Source: an uncultured Oscillospiraceae bacterium
GTDB lineage: Bacteria > Bacillota > Clostridia > Acetivibrionales > DTU013
NCBI GenBank assembly: GCA_964490975.1
Contig: CAZBEQ010000010.1
Coordinates: forward strand, 8,837 to 72,836
Length of the DNA: 64,000 nt
Direction of reading: 5' to 3'
Shown: positions 54,592 to 64,000 of the stretch, piece by piece
Layout of the letters: each line of letters begins with the position of its first letter
Numbering within the stretch: the first letter of the stretch is position 1
The notes under the pieces: model-generated
Told to the model about the DNA's origin: nothing
What the model saw: the letters and a program-made list of their open reading frames with translations, nothing else
Databases searched by the model: none
Translations under genes and position numbers: made by a program

Positions 54592-56619
54592 TCATTCGAG
54601 CTCCACGAGCCATATCTCAGCTGAAGCATCGCTCGGCATGCGCCAGTCTCCCCTTGGTGACAGGCTGATGGTACCAACCTTCGGTCCGTCAGGCAGACAT
54701 GACCGTTTGAACTGCTGTGAGAAAAACCGCTTGATAAAGACCTTCAGCCATGACTTTATTGTCTGCGGATCATACTGTTCTTTAAATGCCTGCTCTGCCA
54801 GGTAAAGCAGTTTTTTAGGCGCTGCACCGTAACGCAGCATATGATAAAGAAAGAAATCGTGCAGCTCATAAGGCCCGACTATATCTTCAGTTTTTTGTCT
54901 TATCTCCCCATTTTCATCAGGAGGCAAAAGTTCAGGAGATATCGGTGTGTCCAATATCCTCAGCAAAACCTCCGCTGTAGCCTTGTCAGTTACATTGTCA
55001 GCAGCCCATTGTACGAGATACTTAACAAGCGTTTTTGGTATCCCACAGTTTACCGAGTACATAGACATGTGATCACCATTATATGTGCACCAGCCCAACG
55101 CAAGCTCTGAAAGGTCGCCAGTTCCAATGACAAGTCCGCCCAGCTTGTTCGCCGTGTCCATTAGTATCTGAGTGCGTTCCCTTGCCTGGACATTTTCATA
55201 GGTTACATCATGAACCGACGGATCGTGGCCGATGTCTTCAAAATGCTGCAGGCAGGACTTTTTTATATTCACTTCTCGCAGTTCGGCGCCAAATGATTTT
55301 ATCAGCTGCACTGCATTATCATAAGTTGCATCAGTGGTACCGAATCCCGGCATAGTTATCGCCAATATGTTTTCCCTCGGTATATCGAGCATATCAAATG
55401 TCTTGACAGCTACTATGAGTGCCAGAGTTGAATCCAATCCGCCAGAGATACCCAGAACCGCTTTCTTCAAGCCTGTATGCTCCAGTCGCTTCGCAAGTCC
55501 TGCCGTCTGGATGGCAAATATCTCACTGCACCTCTTGTCCCTTGCCAACTTATCGGAAGGTACAAAAGGATGAGGATCCACATATCTTAATATCTTTGCA
55601 GCTTTATTCGTCTGATTGCCCTCGTCTGGCGAAGCAACTACTAGCCTACCCGATATTGGCGTACTGGCAGTGATTTCAGGCAATTCCTGATACATTTCAC
55701 AAAGCCTGAATGGTATCTTTCTGTAGCTGCGTTCCGGCACAGCCTCCATAAAGGTCGTATTTTTGATCCTGTCGTTGCGTAGGCGATGAACATCGATATC
55801 ACTGATCAACAGGCTTTCTTCCCGCAAATATCTTTCAGCTTCACTCAGGATGCCGCCATTTTCCGCGATAAGCGCATGACCACCGAAAACAACATCCGTA
55901 GTTGATTCATGTACACCGCATGAGGCGAACACGTAGCCTGCGACACACTTGCCCGATTGCTGTTTTACGAGCTCTCTCCTGTACTCTGCCTTGCCTATTA
56001 TCTCATTGCTGGCAGAAAGGTTGAATATAATGGTTGCACCGGCAGTTGCCTGATATGAACTCGGAGGTATCGGAGCCCATAGGTCTTCACAAATTTCAAC
56101 TCCGAAACAGACGCTCTCCAATCCTGATGTTATTGCATTAACACGTGACTCAAACAGCAAGTCGGCACCAAAGGGCACATTTTTGCCAAATAGTTCAACA
56201 TAGCTGCTTTTTACATTTCTCCCCGATGCGAACCAGCGCTCCTCATAAAATTCATTATAGCCGGGTATGTATGTCTTAGGCACAATGCCCAGTATTTCTC
56301 CTTTTTGAAGAACCGCCGCACAGTTAAAGAGCTGATTGTCGATCTGCAGCGGCAGTCCGACTATAGTTGTGATCCTGAGATCCTTCATTGCCTCCGCTAT
56401 TTTGCCAAGCCCTGCGGCAGCAGCTCTGAGGAGCTGGTCCTGATGGAACAGATCGGCGCATGTATAAGCGGTGATTGACAGCTCAGGGAAAACTATAAGT
56501 TCAACATCCGCGGCTTCGGCTTCTTTTATCATACTGATGATATTATCCGTATTATAATTACAGGCAGCTACCTTCAGTTTGGGAACCGCTGCAGCTGCTC
56601 TGATGAATCCATGGTCCAT
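54592..56619 (-). CDS. nadE: Glutamine-dependent NAD+ synthase
   Basis: 675 aa. N-terminal CN-hydrolase domain (EICEDLW) and a C-terminal synthetase domain with GISGGLDST. Confidence 0.9.
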   Translation of the reverse strand: MDHGFIRAAAAVPKLKVAACNYNTDNIISMIKEAEAADVELIVFPELSITAYTCADLFHQDQLLRAAAAGLGKIAEAMKDLRITTIVGLPLQIDNQLFNCAAVLQKGEILGIVPKTYIPGYNEFYEERWFASGRNVKSSYVELFGKNVPFGADLLFESRVNAITSGLESVCFGVEICEDLWAPIPPSSYQATAGATIIFNLSASNEIIGKAEYRRELVKQQSGKCVAGYVFASCGVHESTTDVVFGGHALIAENGGILSEAERYLREESLLISDIDVHRLRNDRIKNTTFMEAVPERSYRKIPFRLCEMYQELPEITASTPISGRLVVASPDEGNQTNKAAKILRYVDPHPFVPSDKLARDKRCSEIFAIQTAGLAKRLEHTGLKKAVLGISGGLDSTLALIVAVKTFDMLDIPRENILAITMPGFGTTDATYDNAVQLIKSFGAELREVNIKKSCLQHFEDIGHDPSVHDVTYENVQARERTQILMDTANKLGGLVIGTGDLSELALGWCTYNGDHMSMYSVNCGIPKTLVKYLVQWAADNVTDKATAEVLLRILDTPISPELLPPDENGEIRQKTEDIVGPYELHDFFLYHMLRYGAAPKKLLYLAEQAFKEQYDPQTIKSWLKVFIKRFFSQQFKRSCLPDGPKVGTISLSPRGDWRMPSDASAEIWLVELE

Positions 56620-56744
56620 AATAATCTGATCCTGCCTTTTTTATCGATTTTCATTGCTTTCTTATTCTATTACCCTCTAATTATAGCACTTGTACATCCA
56701 TTTGGATATACAGGTGATTACACGACACTAACAACTGAAACATT

Positions 56745-56822
56745 TCGATCACTTAAGTCGATCGCTTAGGTCGGTCGTTTAAGTCAATCGCTTAGGTTGA
56801 TGGTTTAGGTCGATCGCTTTGA
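56745..56822. repeat. Six tandem 13-nt units (consensus TCGATCGCTTAGG)
   Basis: Units start at 56745, 56758, 56771, 56784, 56797 and 56810. They lie 125-200 nt upstream of the nadE start. Confidence 0.85.
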
Positions 56823-57080
56823 CAATTTTTCAACTTTGGTGCATAATATTCTAGTCTTCATTAACATAAGGTCGCATATTTCGTATTATGCAAACCTTTT
56901 CATGGAATAAATTCAATAAAAGCAGTGATACATTGCACCCAACTTGAATTTTTGACAATAATTTTAAGGTAACTTGATATGTAAACTCAATATGGGCAGT
57001 AAAACCGAGCTGCTGCACATACTCTGGTGGGGCTAGGCCGCCCCCGCATTACTGCTACCCCTGCCGTTCGCATCATACAT

Positions 57081-57115
57081 AAAAATCTGCAGACGGTCTT
57101 GACCCCGCCTGCAGA
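57081..57115 (-). terminator. Hairpin terminator downstream of valS
   Basis: TCTGCAG...CTGCAGA stem (57086-57115) followed on the minus strand by TTTTT. Confidence 0.55.
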
Positions 57116-57187
57116 CGCTTACCTCAATCAATAACTCCTCCTGATTACTTGGTTATACCGGTAGCATTTGCTTATGCCGGGACCTGT

Positions 57188-59827
57188 CTATTTCTTCAGA
57201 CTTGCGATACGTTCCATGAGCTTGTCATACATCTCTGCATACTTGACCTTTTTTGCCTTCTCCTCTTCGATAAGCTTCGCAGGCGCCTTGGCAACGAAGC
57301 CTTCATTGTTGAGCTTGCTGTCCACCCTTTCCAGTTCCTTCTCGAGGTTTACCTTTTCCTTTTCCAGTCTTTCAAGTTCCTTCCGGATGTCTACCAGGTC
57401 CTCGAGCGGTATGAATATCTCTGCACCGGCTATCACGGCAGAGACTGCATCAGATGGTATTCCTGATTTGTCATTCTGCACTTTTATCTCTGAGGCTCCA
57501 GCCAGACGTTCAAAGAACTTCGTGCCGCTTCCAAGGATACTGCTTTCAGCTTGTCCTGCAACAAATATCAGCTTGTTCTTCCTTGACGGTGGAACATTCA
57601 TTTCTACCTTGATATTCCTGACCGCTTTGATCGCATCCATTATCAGCTGCATGTCCTTCTCAGCCTCAGGGAAGTGCAGTCCTTCATCATATTTGGGCCA
57701 CGAGGATATCATGATGCTTTCATCCTCGTTGATCAGATGCCTGTAAATCTCCTCGGTTACAAACGGCATATACGGATGGAGCAGCTTCATTGCAGTGCCA
57801 AGAACATGGTTCAGTACCCATTGGGCCTCTTGCCTGGTCTCATCCTCCCTGTCAAAGAGCCTTGGCTTGACAAGCTCGATATACCAGTCGCAGAATTCTT
57901 CCCATATAAATTCATATACCTTCTGGAGAGCTATGCCCAACTCAAAGTTTTCAAGGTTTTCCGTTACTTCACGGGCAAGTGTGTTGACCCTGCTCAGGAT
58001 CCATTTGTCGGGAGTGGTGAGCTTGGTCATGTCGACCTTGCTGAAATCCACATCTTCATCGAAATTCATCAATACGAACCTTGTTGCATTCCATATCTTG
58101 TTGGCAAAATTCCTGCTGGATTCTACCTTCTCAGTTGAGAACCTCAGGTCGTTTCCGGGTGAATTTCCTATAGTCAGAGCAAAGCGCAATGCATCCGTTC
58201 CATACTGGGATATGACCTCAAGCGGATCGATACCGTTGCCAAGGGATTTGCTCATTTTCCTTCCCTGTGCATCCCTTACGATACCATGTATGAATACATG
58301 CTTGAACGGTTCTTTTCCCATATGTTCAAGGCCTGAGAAGATCATTCTGGCAACCCAGAAGAAAATGATATCATAGCCTGTAACAAGTACATTCGTGGGA
58401 TAGAAGTATTCCAGATCACTGGTTTTCTCCGGCCACCCAAGCGTCGAGAACGGCCACAGTGCAGAGCTGAACCATGTATCCAGCGTATCCGGATCCTGTT
58501 CCAGTTTCGAGCTGCCGCACTTGGGGCACTTGCCAGGCTGCTCTCTTGCAACGATCATCTCGCCGCATCCACGGCAATAATATGCCGGTATCCGGTGTCC
58601 CCACCAGAGCTGTCTGGATATACACCAATCCTGGATATTCTCCATCCAGTTGTAATATATCTTCGAGAATCTATCGGGCACAAATTTTATGGTACCGTTC
58701 CTGACAGCTTCTATAGCTGGCTCAGCCAACGGCTTCATATTAACAAACCACTGTCTTGACATGATAGGCTCGATAACAGTGCTGCACCTGTAGCAGGTAC
58801 CAACATTATGCTTATGGCCCTTGATCTTCACCAACAGTCCGAGTTCCTTCAGGTCTTTCACTATGCATTTCCTTGCTTCATACCTGTCCATGCCTGCATA
58901 CTTGCCGGCTGCCTCGTTCATCCTTGCACTGTCGTCCATGACTCTTATCTGAGGAAGATCGTGGCGCAGGCCCACTTCAAAGTCATTCGGGTCATGAGCC
59001 GGTGTTATTTTCACCGCGCCCGTGCCGAATTCCTTATCAACATATGAGTCGGCTATGATAGGTATTTCTCTGTTCATAAGAGGCAATACCACTGTTTTGC
59101 CAATCAAGCCGGCATATCTCTCATCCTCCGGATTAACTGCAACTGCCGTATCACCAAGCATAGTTTCCGGTCTTGTAGTTGCAACAATGATAAATTCCTC
59201 GCTGTCCTTCACAGTATACTTCAGATGCCAGAAGCTGCCCTCCTGCTCTTCATACTCAACCTCTGCATCAGATATTGATGTGCAGCATTTCGGACACCAG
59301 TTGATTATACGATCTCCCCTGTAAATAAGGCCTTTTTCGTAGAGCTTTACAAAAACCTCCAGCACAGCCTTTGAAAGGCCTTCGTCCATGGTGAACCTTT
59401 CGCGTTCCCAATCGCATGAGCTGCCCAGCTTCTTCAGCTGCTCAACGATACGTCCGCCGTAGACCTTCTTCCACTCCCAGGCTCTCTCAAGGAACTTTTC
59501 CCTTCCGAGGTCTTCCTTCTTAATGCCCTCCTTTGCCATGCTCTCCACTATCTTTGCCTCGGTGGCAATACTGGCATGATCTGTTCCGGGAAGCCAAAGA
59601 GCACTGAAGCCCTGCATCCTCTTCCACCTGATCAGGATGTCCTGCAGTGTATTGTCAAGAGCATGTCCCATATGAAGCTGCCCCGTAATATTCGGCGGTG
59701 GTATGACTATCGTATAAGGTGTTTTCTTGCTATCGGGTTCTGCATGGAAATATCCCTTTTCCATCCACTCCTTGTACAGCTTATCCTCTACCTGCGACGG
59801 ATCGTATGTTTTCGCTAGTTCTCTCAT
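57188..59827 (-). CDS. valS: Valine--tRNA ligase
   Basis: 879 aa with the HIGH motif (GQLHMGHAL), KMSKS, and a C-terminal coiled coil. Confidence 0.96.
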   Translation of the reverse strand: MRELAKTYDPSQVEDKLYKEWMEKGYFHAEPDSKKTPYTIVIPPPNITGQLHMGHALDNTLQDILIRWKRMQGFSALWLPGTDHASIATEAKIVESMAKEGIKKEDLGREKFLERAWEWKKVYGGRIVEQLKKLGSSCDWERERFTMDEGLSKAVLEVFVKLYEKGLIYRGDRIINWCPKCCTSISDAEVEYEEQEGSFWHLKYTVKDSEEFIIVATTRPETMLGDTAVAVNPEDERYAGLIGKTVVLPLMNREIPIIADSYVDKEFGTGAVKITPAHDPNDFEVGLRHDLPQIRVMDDSARMNEAAGKYAGMDRYEARKCIVKDLKELGLLVKIKGHKHNVGTCYRCSTVIEPIMSRQWFVNMKPLAEPAIEAVRNGTIKFVPDRFSKIYYNWMENIQDWCISRQLWWGHRIPAYYCRGCGEMIVAREQPGKCPKCGSSKLEQDPDTLDTWFSSALWPFSTLGWPEKTSDLEYFYPTNVLVTGYDIIFFWVARMIFSGLEHMGKEPFKHVFIHGIVRDAQGRKMSKSLGNGIDPLEVISQYGTDALRFALTIGNSPGNDLRFSTEKVESSRNFANKIWNATRFVLMNFDEDVDFSKVDMTKLTTPDKWILSRVNTLAREVTENLENFELGIALQKVYEFIWEEFCDWYIELVKPRLFDREDETRQEAQWVLNHVLGTAMKLLHPYMPFVTEEIYRHLINEDESIMISSWPKYDEGLHFPEAEKDMQLIMDAIKAVRNIKVEMNVPPSRKNKLIFVAGQAESSILGSGTKFFERLAGASEIKVQNDKSGIPSDAVSAVIAGAEIFIPLEDLVDIRKELERLEKEKVNLEKELERVDSKLNNEGFVAKAPAKLIEEEKAKKVKYAEMYDKLMERIASLKK

Positions 59828-59921
59828 GTTTTATCCTCCTTAATACAGGGACAGGTCCATTGTCACATTTTGAACCACGTGGCCGCAGTCTGCTCCTGCG
59901 TTTATTAATCGAATATCCTGT

Positions 59922-60164
59922 TTATCTGAACGCAATCAGCGTCAGTATGAGCCCTGGCAATACGATAAGCATTCCGTAGAGTTTAATACTCACCGTAGCC
60001 TTGAGCTTCCTGTAATCTTCAGCTTCATCGGCATCCATTTCGTGCTCATTTTCCAGCTTGACCTTTTTGTCAAGGCTGAACTTCTTCATTATATTCTTTG
60101 CTTCTATTACTGTCGCAAAGCCTGCTAAAAGAAAAAATCCAGCCAGTATCTTCAGTGCCAGCAT
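59922..60164 (-). CDS. Small two-TM membrane protein (80 aa) between the T-box leader and valS
   Basis: The ATG at 60162-60164 is preceded by GGGAGG and lies just downstream of the T-box terminator. The 132-aa track ORF extends into the riboswitch and is rejected. Confidence 0.55.
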   Translation of the reverse strand: MLALKILAGFFLLAGFATVIEAKNIMKKFSLDKKVKLENEHEMDADEAEDYRKLKATVSIKLYGMLIVLPGLILTLIAFR

Positions 60165-60184
60165 ATGTTCCTCCCTTTTCCAAA

Positions 60185-60500
60185 TTAAAAGCCCCTCATC
60201 CAGATCTATTGGACGAAGGGCTATACTCCGCGGTACCACCAAAATTCCCCAAAGGGGCAGCTTATGGAAATAACGGTTCCTTGCCGCTGCAATTTCACAT
60301 TTGTCATACTGCCGATACAAAGCACCGGAATGTATGTCATTCAGCTTTTTTGCAGAACTCCCGGACGACCTTCAGCGTTCTTATCCCGAAAGGCTTTCCA
60401 GCCTGTGAGCCTTTCTCTCTGTCAGCGTCTGCGCGATGTCTCCCACCGATTGCAAACGCCCTTTGGGCAGATGTCCGCCTACTCCTCCCGATCATTGTCA
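60185..60500 (-). promoter_or_regulatory. T-box riboswitch leader (expected tRNA-Val specific)
   Basis: On the minus strand: AATTTTGGTGGTACCGCGG (T-box core, 60228-60247). A terminator follows: GCCCTTCGTCC...GGATGAGGGGC plus TTTT (60187-60221). Upstream are AGAGAG and GGAGTA (GA/K-turn-like) elements. The 5' boundary is approximate. Confidence 0.75.
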
Positions 60501-60858
60501 TTTTGGCTTATTTTCAATGTATCAATAATATATTAATGAAAAAAGCAAGTCAAGGGATAATACTCAATTTGTCCGACTTCATTATAACGCATTTTCTTAC
60601 CTCTGCGCGTTTCAACGAGACGGGAGATATACTCTCATCGTTTACTTTCGATTAATCGAAAGTAATTATCTGAAAGGGGAATCGGTACCCGCCACCAAGC
60701 GTTTTCAACTGAATGGTTGAAAATACGTAGCAGAGATGGTGGAAGTCCTTCGCCTTATTATTTCTTCATTTTATTGAATATGCTGGCATATTTATGTATA
60801 ATTTATTTAATTAAAGCAAAAGGTAAAAAAAATTCTTATACATGGTTGGAGTGATGTG

Positions 60859-62061
60859 ATGAATACCATAAATGGAGGGGTCACAGCCCCGGAAGGCTTT
60901 TTTGCAACAGGTGTAGCTTGCGGTCTGAAAAAAAATGGAAAGAAGGATCTAGCCATAGTCTGTTCTGAGGACAGCGCTGCAGTAGCAGGTGTTTTTACAA
61001 CCAATAAAATAAAGGGTCATTCTCTGCAGCTGACTATGGAGAACATAAAAAGCGGATATGCAAATGCATTGGTCATCAACAGCGGAAATGCGAATGCTTG
61101 TGTAGGAGAACAGGGTCACGCCGATGCGCTCGAGATCGCCGCAATCACCTCGGGACTGCTTGAATGCAGCGCTCAAAACATACTTGTTGCATCGACAGGC
61201 GTAATAGGCAAGCCTTTGAATATGGATGCCATCCGCCCCGGCCTGGAAGCCCTTGTTTCAGGTATGGATCCGGACGGCGGCCATGATGCCGAGGAAGCTA
61301 TCATGACGACTGACACTGTAGCAAAGGAGATTGCCATTGAACTGGAGCTGCAGGATACAAAGGTCGTAATAGGTGGAATGGCAAAGGGCTCCGGAATGAT
61401 ACACCCCAATATGGCAACTATGATAGGAGTCATTACGACCGATGCCAACATTTCAAAAAAGCTGCTGGATAAGGCGTTGAAGGACGCTGTAAAATCAACC
61501 TTCAACAGAGTCTCAGTAGATGGTGATACCAGTCCATGCGATATGGTGGTCATCTTCGCCAACGGTATGGCTGACAATGCTGGTATAATCAATGAAGGAG
61601 AAGATTATGAACTGTTCTTGAAGGGCCTTGAGTATGTATGCAGTTACCTGGCCAAGCTCATAGCAAAGGATGGAGAAGGTGCGACAAAGCTTATAGATGT
61701 CGTGATCGAAGGTGCCGAAAGTTCTGACGACGCATACAAGGCTGCAATCGCAGTGGCAAAATCGCCGCTGGTCAAGACGACCGTATTCGGCGAGGATGCC
61801 AACTGGGGCAGGATAATAACTGCCGTCGGTTATTCAGGCGCTGAATTCGACCCCAATTATACAGACATTTATATTGGAGATGTGCTCGTCTGTAAAAACG
61901 GATATGCGGCAGACTATGACGAAGCCCTTGCAACGCAGCAGCTTAAAAAAAGCGAGGTAAAGCTGCTTGTTAAGCTAAATAAGGGAGTATATACTGATCA
62001 TGTGTGGACCTGTGATTTTACATATGATTATGTAAAAATAAATGCAAGTTATCGCTCATAA
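60859..62061 (+). CDS. argJ: Bifunctional glutamate N-acetyltransferase / amino-acid acetyltransferase
   Basis: About 400 aa with the autoprocessing site context PNMATMIGVITTDA. ATG at 60859 after GGAG. Confidence 0.9.
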   Translation: MNTINGGVTAPEGFFATGVACGLKKNGKKDLAIVCSEDSAAVAGVFTTNKIKGHSLQLTMENIKSGYANALVINSGNANACVGEQGHADALEIAAITSGLLECSAQNILVASTGVIGKPLNMDAIRPGLEALVSGMDPDGGHDAEEAIMTTDTVAKEIAIELELQDTKVVIGGMAKGSGMIHPNMATMIGVITTDANISKKLLDKALKDAVKSTFNRVSVDGDTSPCDMVVIFANGMADNAGIINEGEDYELFLKGLEYVCSYLAKLIAKDGEGATKLIDVVIEGAESSDDAYKAAIAVAKSPLVKTTVFGEDANWGRIITAVGYSGAEFDPNYTDIYIGDVLVCKNGYAADYDEALATQQLKKSEVKLLVKLNKGVYTDHVWTCDFTYDYVKINASYRS

Positions 62062-62105
62062 TAGCCGATATAATTATCGAATATAGTTAACAGGGAGGGG
62101 TCTAT

Positions 62106-62573
62106 TTGGGTATCAGCAAGTATGCCGTATTTGTGATCGATGGAGAAGAATTTGGCCTGGCAATAGAAAAAATAAGTATTATTGAAAAAATGCTTGAAAT
62201 TTATAAAATTCCCAATACACCTAGCTACATTGAAGGTCTGACGAATTTGCGGGGCAAGGTGCATACAGTATTCAATCTTAGGAAACGTTTTAATTTGCCC
62301 TGTACAGAATTTAACGATGAAACCAAGGTTATTATCGCAAATGCCCAGGATTCCGTTATCGGCCTTATCGTTGACGGAGTCCGTGAAATAATCAAGGTTG
62401 AGGACGATCAGTTCGAGCCTATACCAAAAAGTCTGGCCAGTATCAAAAACAGGTTCCTAAGTGGGACTGTAAAAGTTAACGGCAGGCTTATTCTGATACT
62501 CGATCTTGATAAAGTGATCACAGAAGAGGATGTCGCATTGGCCGACGTGAATAAGGCAAGCTCAAAGTCATAA
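62106..62573 (+). CDS. cheW: Chemotaxis coupling protein CheW
   Basis: 155 aa with FVIDGEEFGLAIEKISII and GLTNLRGKV, typical of CheW. TTG start after GGGAGGGG. Confidence 0.82.
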   Translation: MGISKYAVFVIDGEEFGLAIEKISIIEKMLEIYKIPNTPSYIEGLTNLRGKVHTVFNLRKRFNLPCTEFNDETKVIIANAQDSVIGLIVDGVREIIKVEDDQFEPIPKSLASIKNRFLSGTVKVNGRLILILDLDKVITEEDVALADVNKASSKS

Positions 62574-62588
62574 CAAGCAGCCCTCACA

Positions 62589-63128
62589 TTAGGTTCGGAC
62601 ACCTGCTATATGCAGAAATCTGATGTACGCCGGCTCGAAGTCCATCAGCCTGTAGTAATCAGTATCAAAAGTATGGGCGGCAACAAGTATGCCGTCCTTA
62701 TTTTTTTGATCAGATACTTGTACAATGACCGGAGAATGTTCGAACCGTTTACTTTCTGAAAATGATATCTGTACGATGTCTCCCGGTTCTGCGCCAGAAG
62801 CTTCTACCACCTCTGCAAAGGGTCCTATTTCCTTATTATTAATCAGGAAATCATATAAATAATCAACTCCGGTCCAGGACGCTGTCCTTTTATTCAGATT
62901 TGCATAATACCAGCCATAAACCGGTGAATAATTCATTATATCGCTCCCTGCGTATATGCACTGTGAAGCGAAATTTGTGCAATCACCACCAAGCTTTTCA
63001 AAATCATAGTACATAGGATTCCTCGCATATGCCCATTTGTGCGCATAATGCAGCACATTCTCCCTGTTGTATGGTCTTATTGTTCTTTTACCTTGGGCAC
63101 TTGTGAAAAACACCTTGCCACCTCGCAA
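62589..63128 (-). CDS. Putative amidase-domain protein
   Basis: 179 aa. YAHKWAYARNPMYYDF...GGDCTNFASQCIYAG...ASWTGVDYLYDFL matches my recollection of the putative amidase domain (catalytic Cys in DCTNF). TTG start. Confidence 0.65.
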   Translation of the reverse strand: MRGGKVFFTSAQGKRTIRPYNRENVLHYAHKWAYARNPMYYDFEKLGGDCTNFASQCIYAGSDIMNYSPVYGWYYANLNKRTASWTGVDYLYDFLINNKEIGPFAEVVEASGAEPGDIVQISFSESKRFEHSPVIVQVSDQKNKDGILVAAHTFDTDYYRLMDFEPAYIRFLHIAGVRT

Positions 63129-63332
63129 TCTTAATTTTCATCTCCTTCATTCTATGCATACAGCCATATAAAATTAACCATAAGTTAACAATGGATTAAT
63201 CTGCTCTTAAATTTTAGATTATACGATGTATATGTAAACTTTTGAAATGATGTGCCGGATATCAAATCAAATACTCCATTAACGAATAACAACACTCATG
63301 TAAGAAAAAATATGCTTAGGAGGCAAAAAAAA

Positions 63333-64000
63333 ATGAAGAATAGTATAATCAATAAAAAAGCATTGTCTGTAATAACCATCGCTATGTCCGCAACACTTTT
63401 TTTCACAGCCTGCGGTACGGAGCAAAGCGCACCATCTGAAAACGGCGCTGCCAATACAGGTGCCGTGTCCGGAACAGTTTCAATGTCCGGTTCCACCTCA
63501 GTTCAACCTTTAGCACAGGACCTCGCTGATGTATTTTTTGATACTAATCCCGATATAACAATAGAAATCCAGGGTGGAGGCTCAAGTCAGGGCATCAAGG
63601 ATGCAACCAGCGGCATATCGGATATTGGCAACTCATCACGCGATCTGAAAGAGGAAGAAAAAGAAGGAATTACAGAGCATGTTATCGCCTATGATGCTAT
63701 TGCAGTCGCAACGCATCCGTCAAATAAAATCGAAGGGCTTACCGGTGATCAGATTAAGAAAATCTTTAGTGGCGAGATAACTAACTGGAAGGATGTCGGC
63801 GGTGCAGACCAGGAAATACTCGTGATTACCCGTGAGGCAGGTTCAGGAACCAGATCTGCATTTCAGGAGCTCCTGGGCCTTGAAGAAAAGACAGCCGATG
63901 GCACACGGTCGCTTATCAGGCAGGATGCACTAGTCACCGATGGAAACGGACCTGTAAAAGCAAACATCTCATCAAAGGAAAATGCCATTGGATACATCTC
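63333..64000 (+). CDS. pstS: Phosphate ABC transporter substrate-binding lipoprotein PstS (N-terminal part; continues beyond the window)
   Basis: Not in the track because it is open-ended. AGGAGG lies 9 nt upstream of the ATG. There is a lipobox-like LFFTAC. GSTSVQPL, GGGSSQGI and GNSSR are typical PstS-family motifs. Confidence 0.85.
   Translation, partial: MKNSIINKKALSVITIAMSATLFFTACGTEQSAPSENGAANTGAVSGTVSMSGSTSVQPLAQDLADVFFDTNPDITIEIQGGGSSQGIKDATSGISDIGNSSRDLKEEEKEGITEHVIAYDAIAVATHPSNKIEGLTGDQIKKIFSGEITNWKDVGGADQEILVITREAGSGTRSAFQELLGLEEKTADGTRSLIRQDALVTDGNGPVKANISSKENAIGYI

Noticed and set aside
59922-60320. 132-aa ORF upstream of valS
   Set aside because: Its N-terminal 52 codons overlap the T-box core and terminator. 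Only the distal 80 codons, which have their own RBS, are plausible.

Overview
This 64-kb window looks like a low-to-moderate GC Firmicutes (Clostridia-like) chromosome, judged from gene content, a T-box leader and SigA-type promoters. No database search was possible. Most genes are on the minus strand. The core content is ordinary housekeeping. It includes a MacB-type ABC efflux module (permease, ATPase, HlyD adaptor), an LCP protein, dapL-dapF, purA and pyrG. There is a split archaeal-type glutamate synthase cluster divergent from a type III glutamine synthetase. Also present are an acyl-CoA ligase, a PAS-GGDEF-EAL protein, a LysM protein, rsgA, nadE, a T-box-controlled valS, argJ, cheW and a partial pstS. 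I found seven complete tRNAs: Tyr, a Thr-Asp-Glu cluster, a Gln-Lys pair and His. The outstanding feature is a roughly 15.4-kb AT-richer island (34213-49688) inserted in the 3' half of tRNA-Lys(UUU). It is bounded by a 48-bp direct repeat and carries an intact tyrosine integrase next to the tRNA. Its cargo is a tightly coupled four-gene minus-strand operon (37964-47944). The operon encodes a CoiA-like zinc-finger protein, a 698-aa coiled-coil protein, a 335-aa unknown protein and a 1750-aa DEXH helicase with several zinc ribbons and a DUF1998-like C-terminus. This is a Druantia-like or undescribed candidate anti-phage system. Related palindromic operators sit at its promoter and in front of a downstream Cys-rich ORF. 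Around the island lie decayed integrase and hydrolase fragments. Other points of interest are a divergent transcarbamylase operon with DUF2087 proteins, several short tandem-repeat arrays, a small intergenic repeat family, a leader terminator before the glutamine synthetase gene and very long perfect hairpins.
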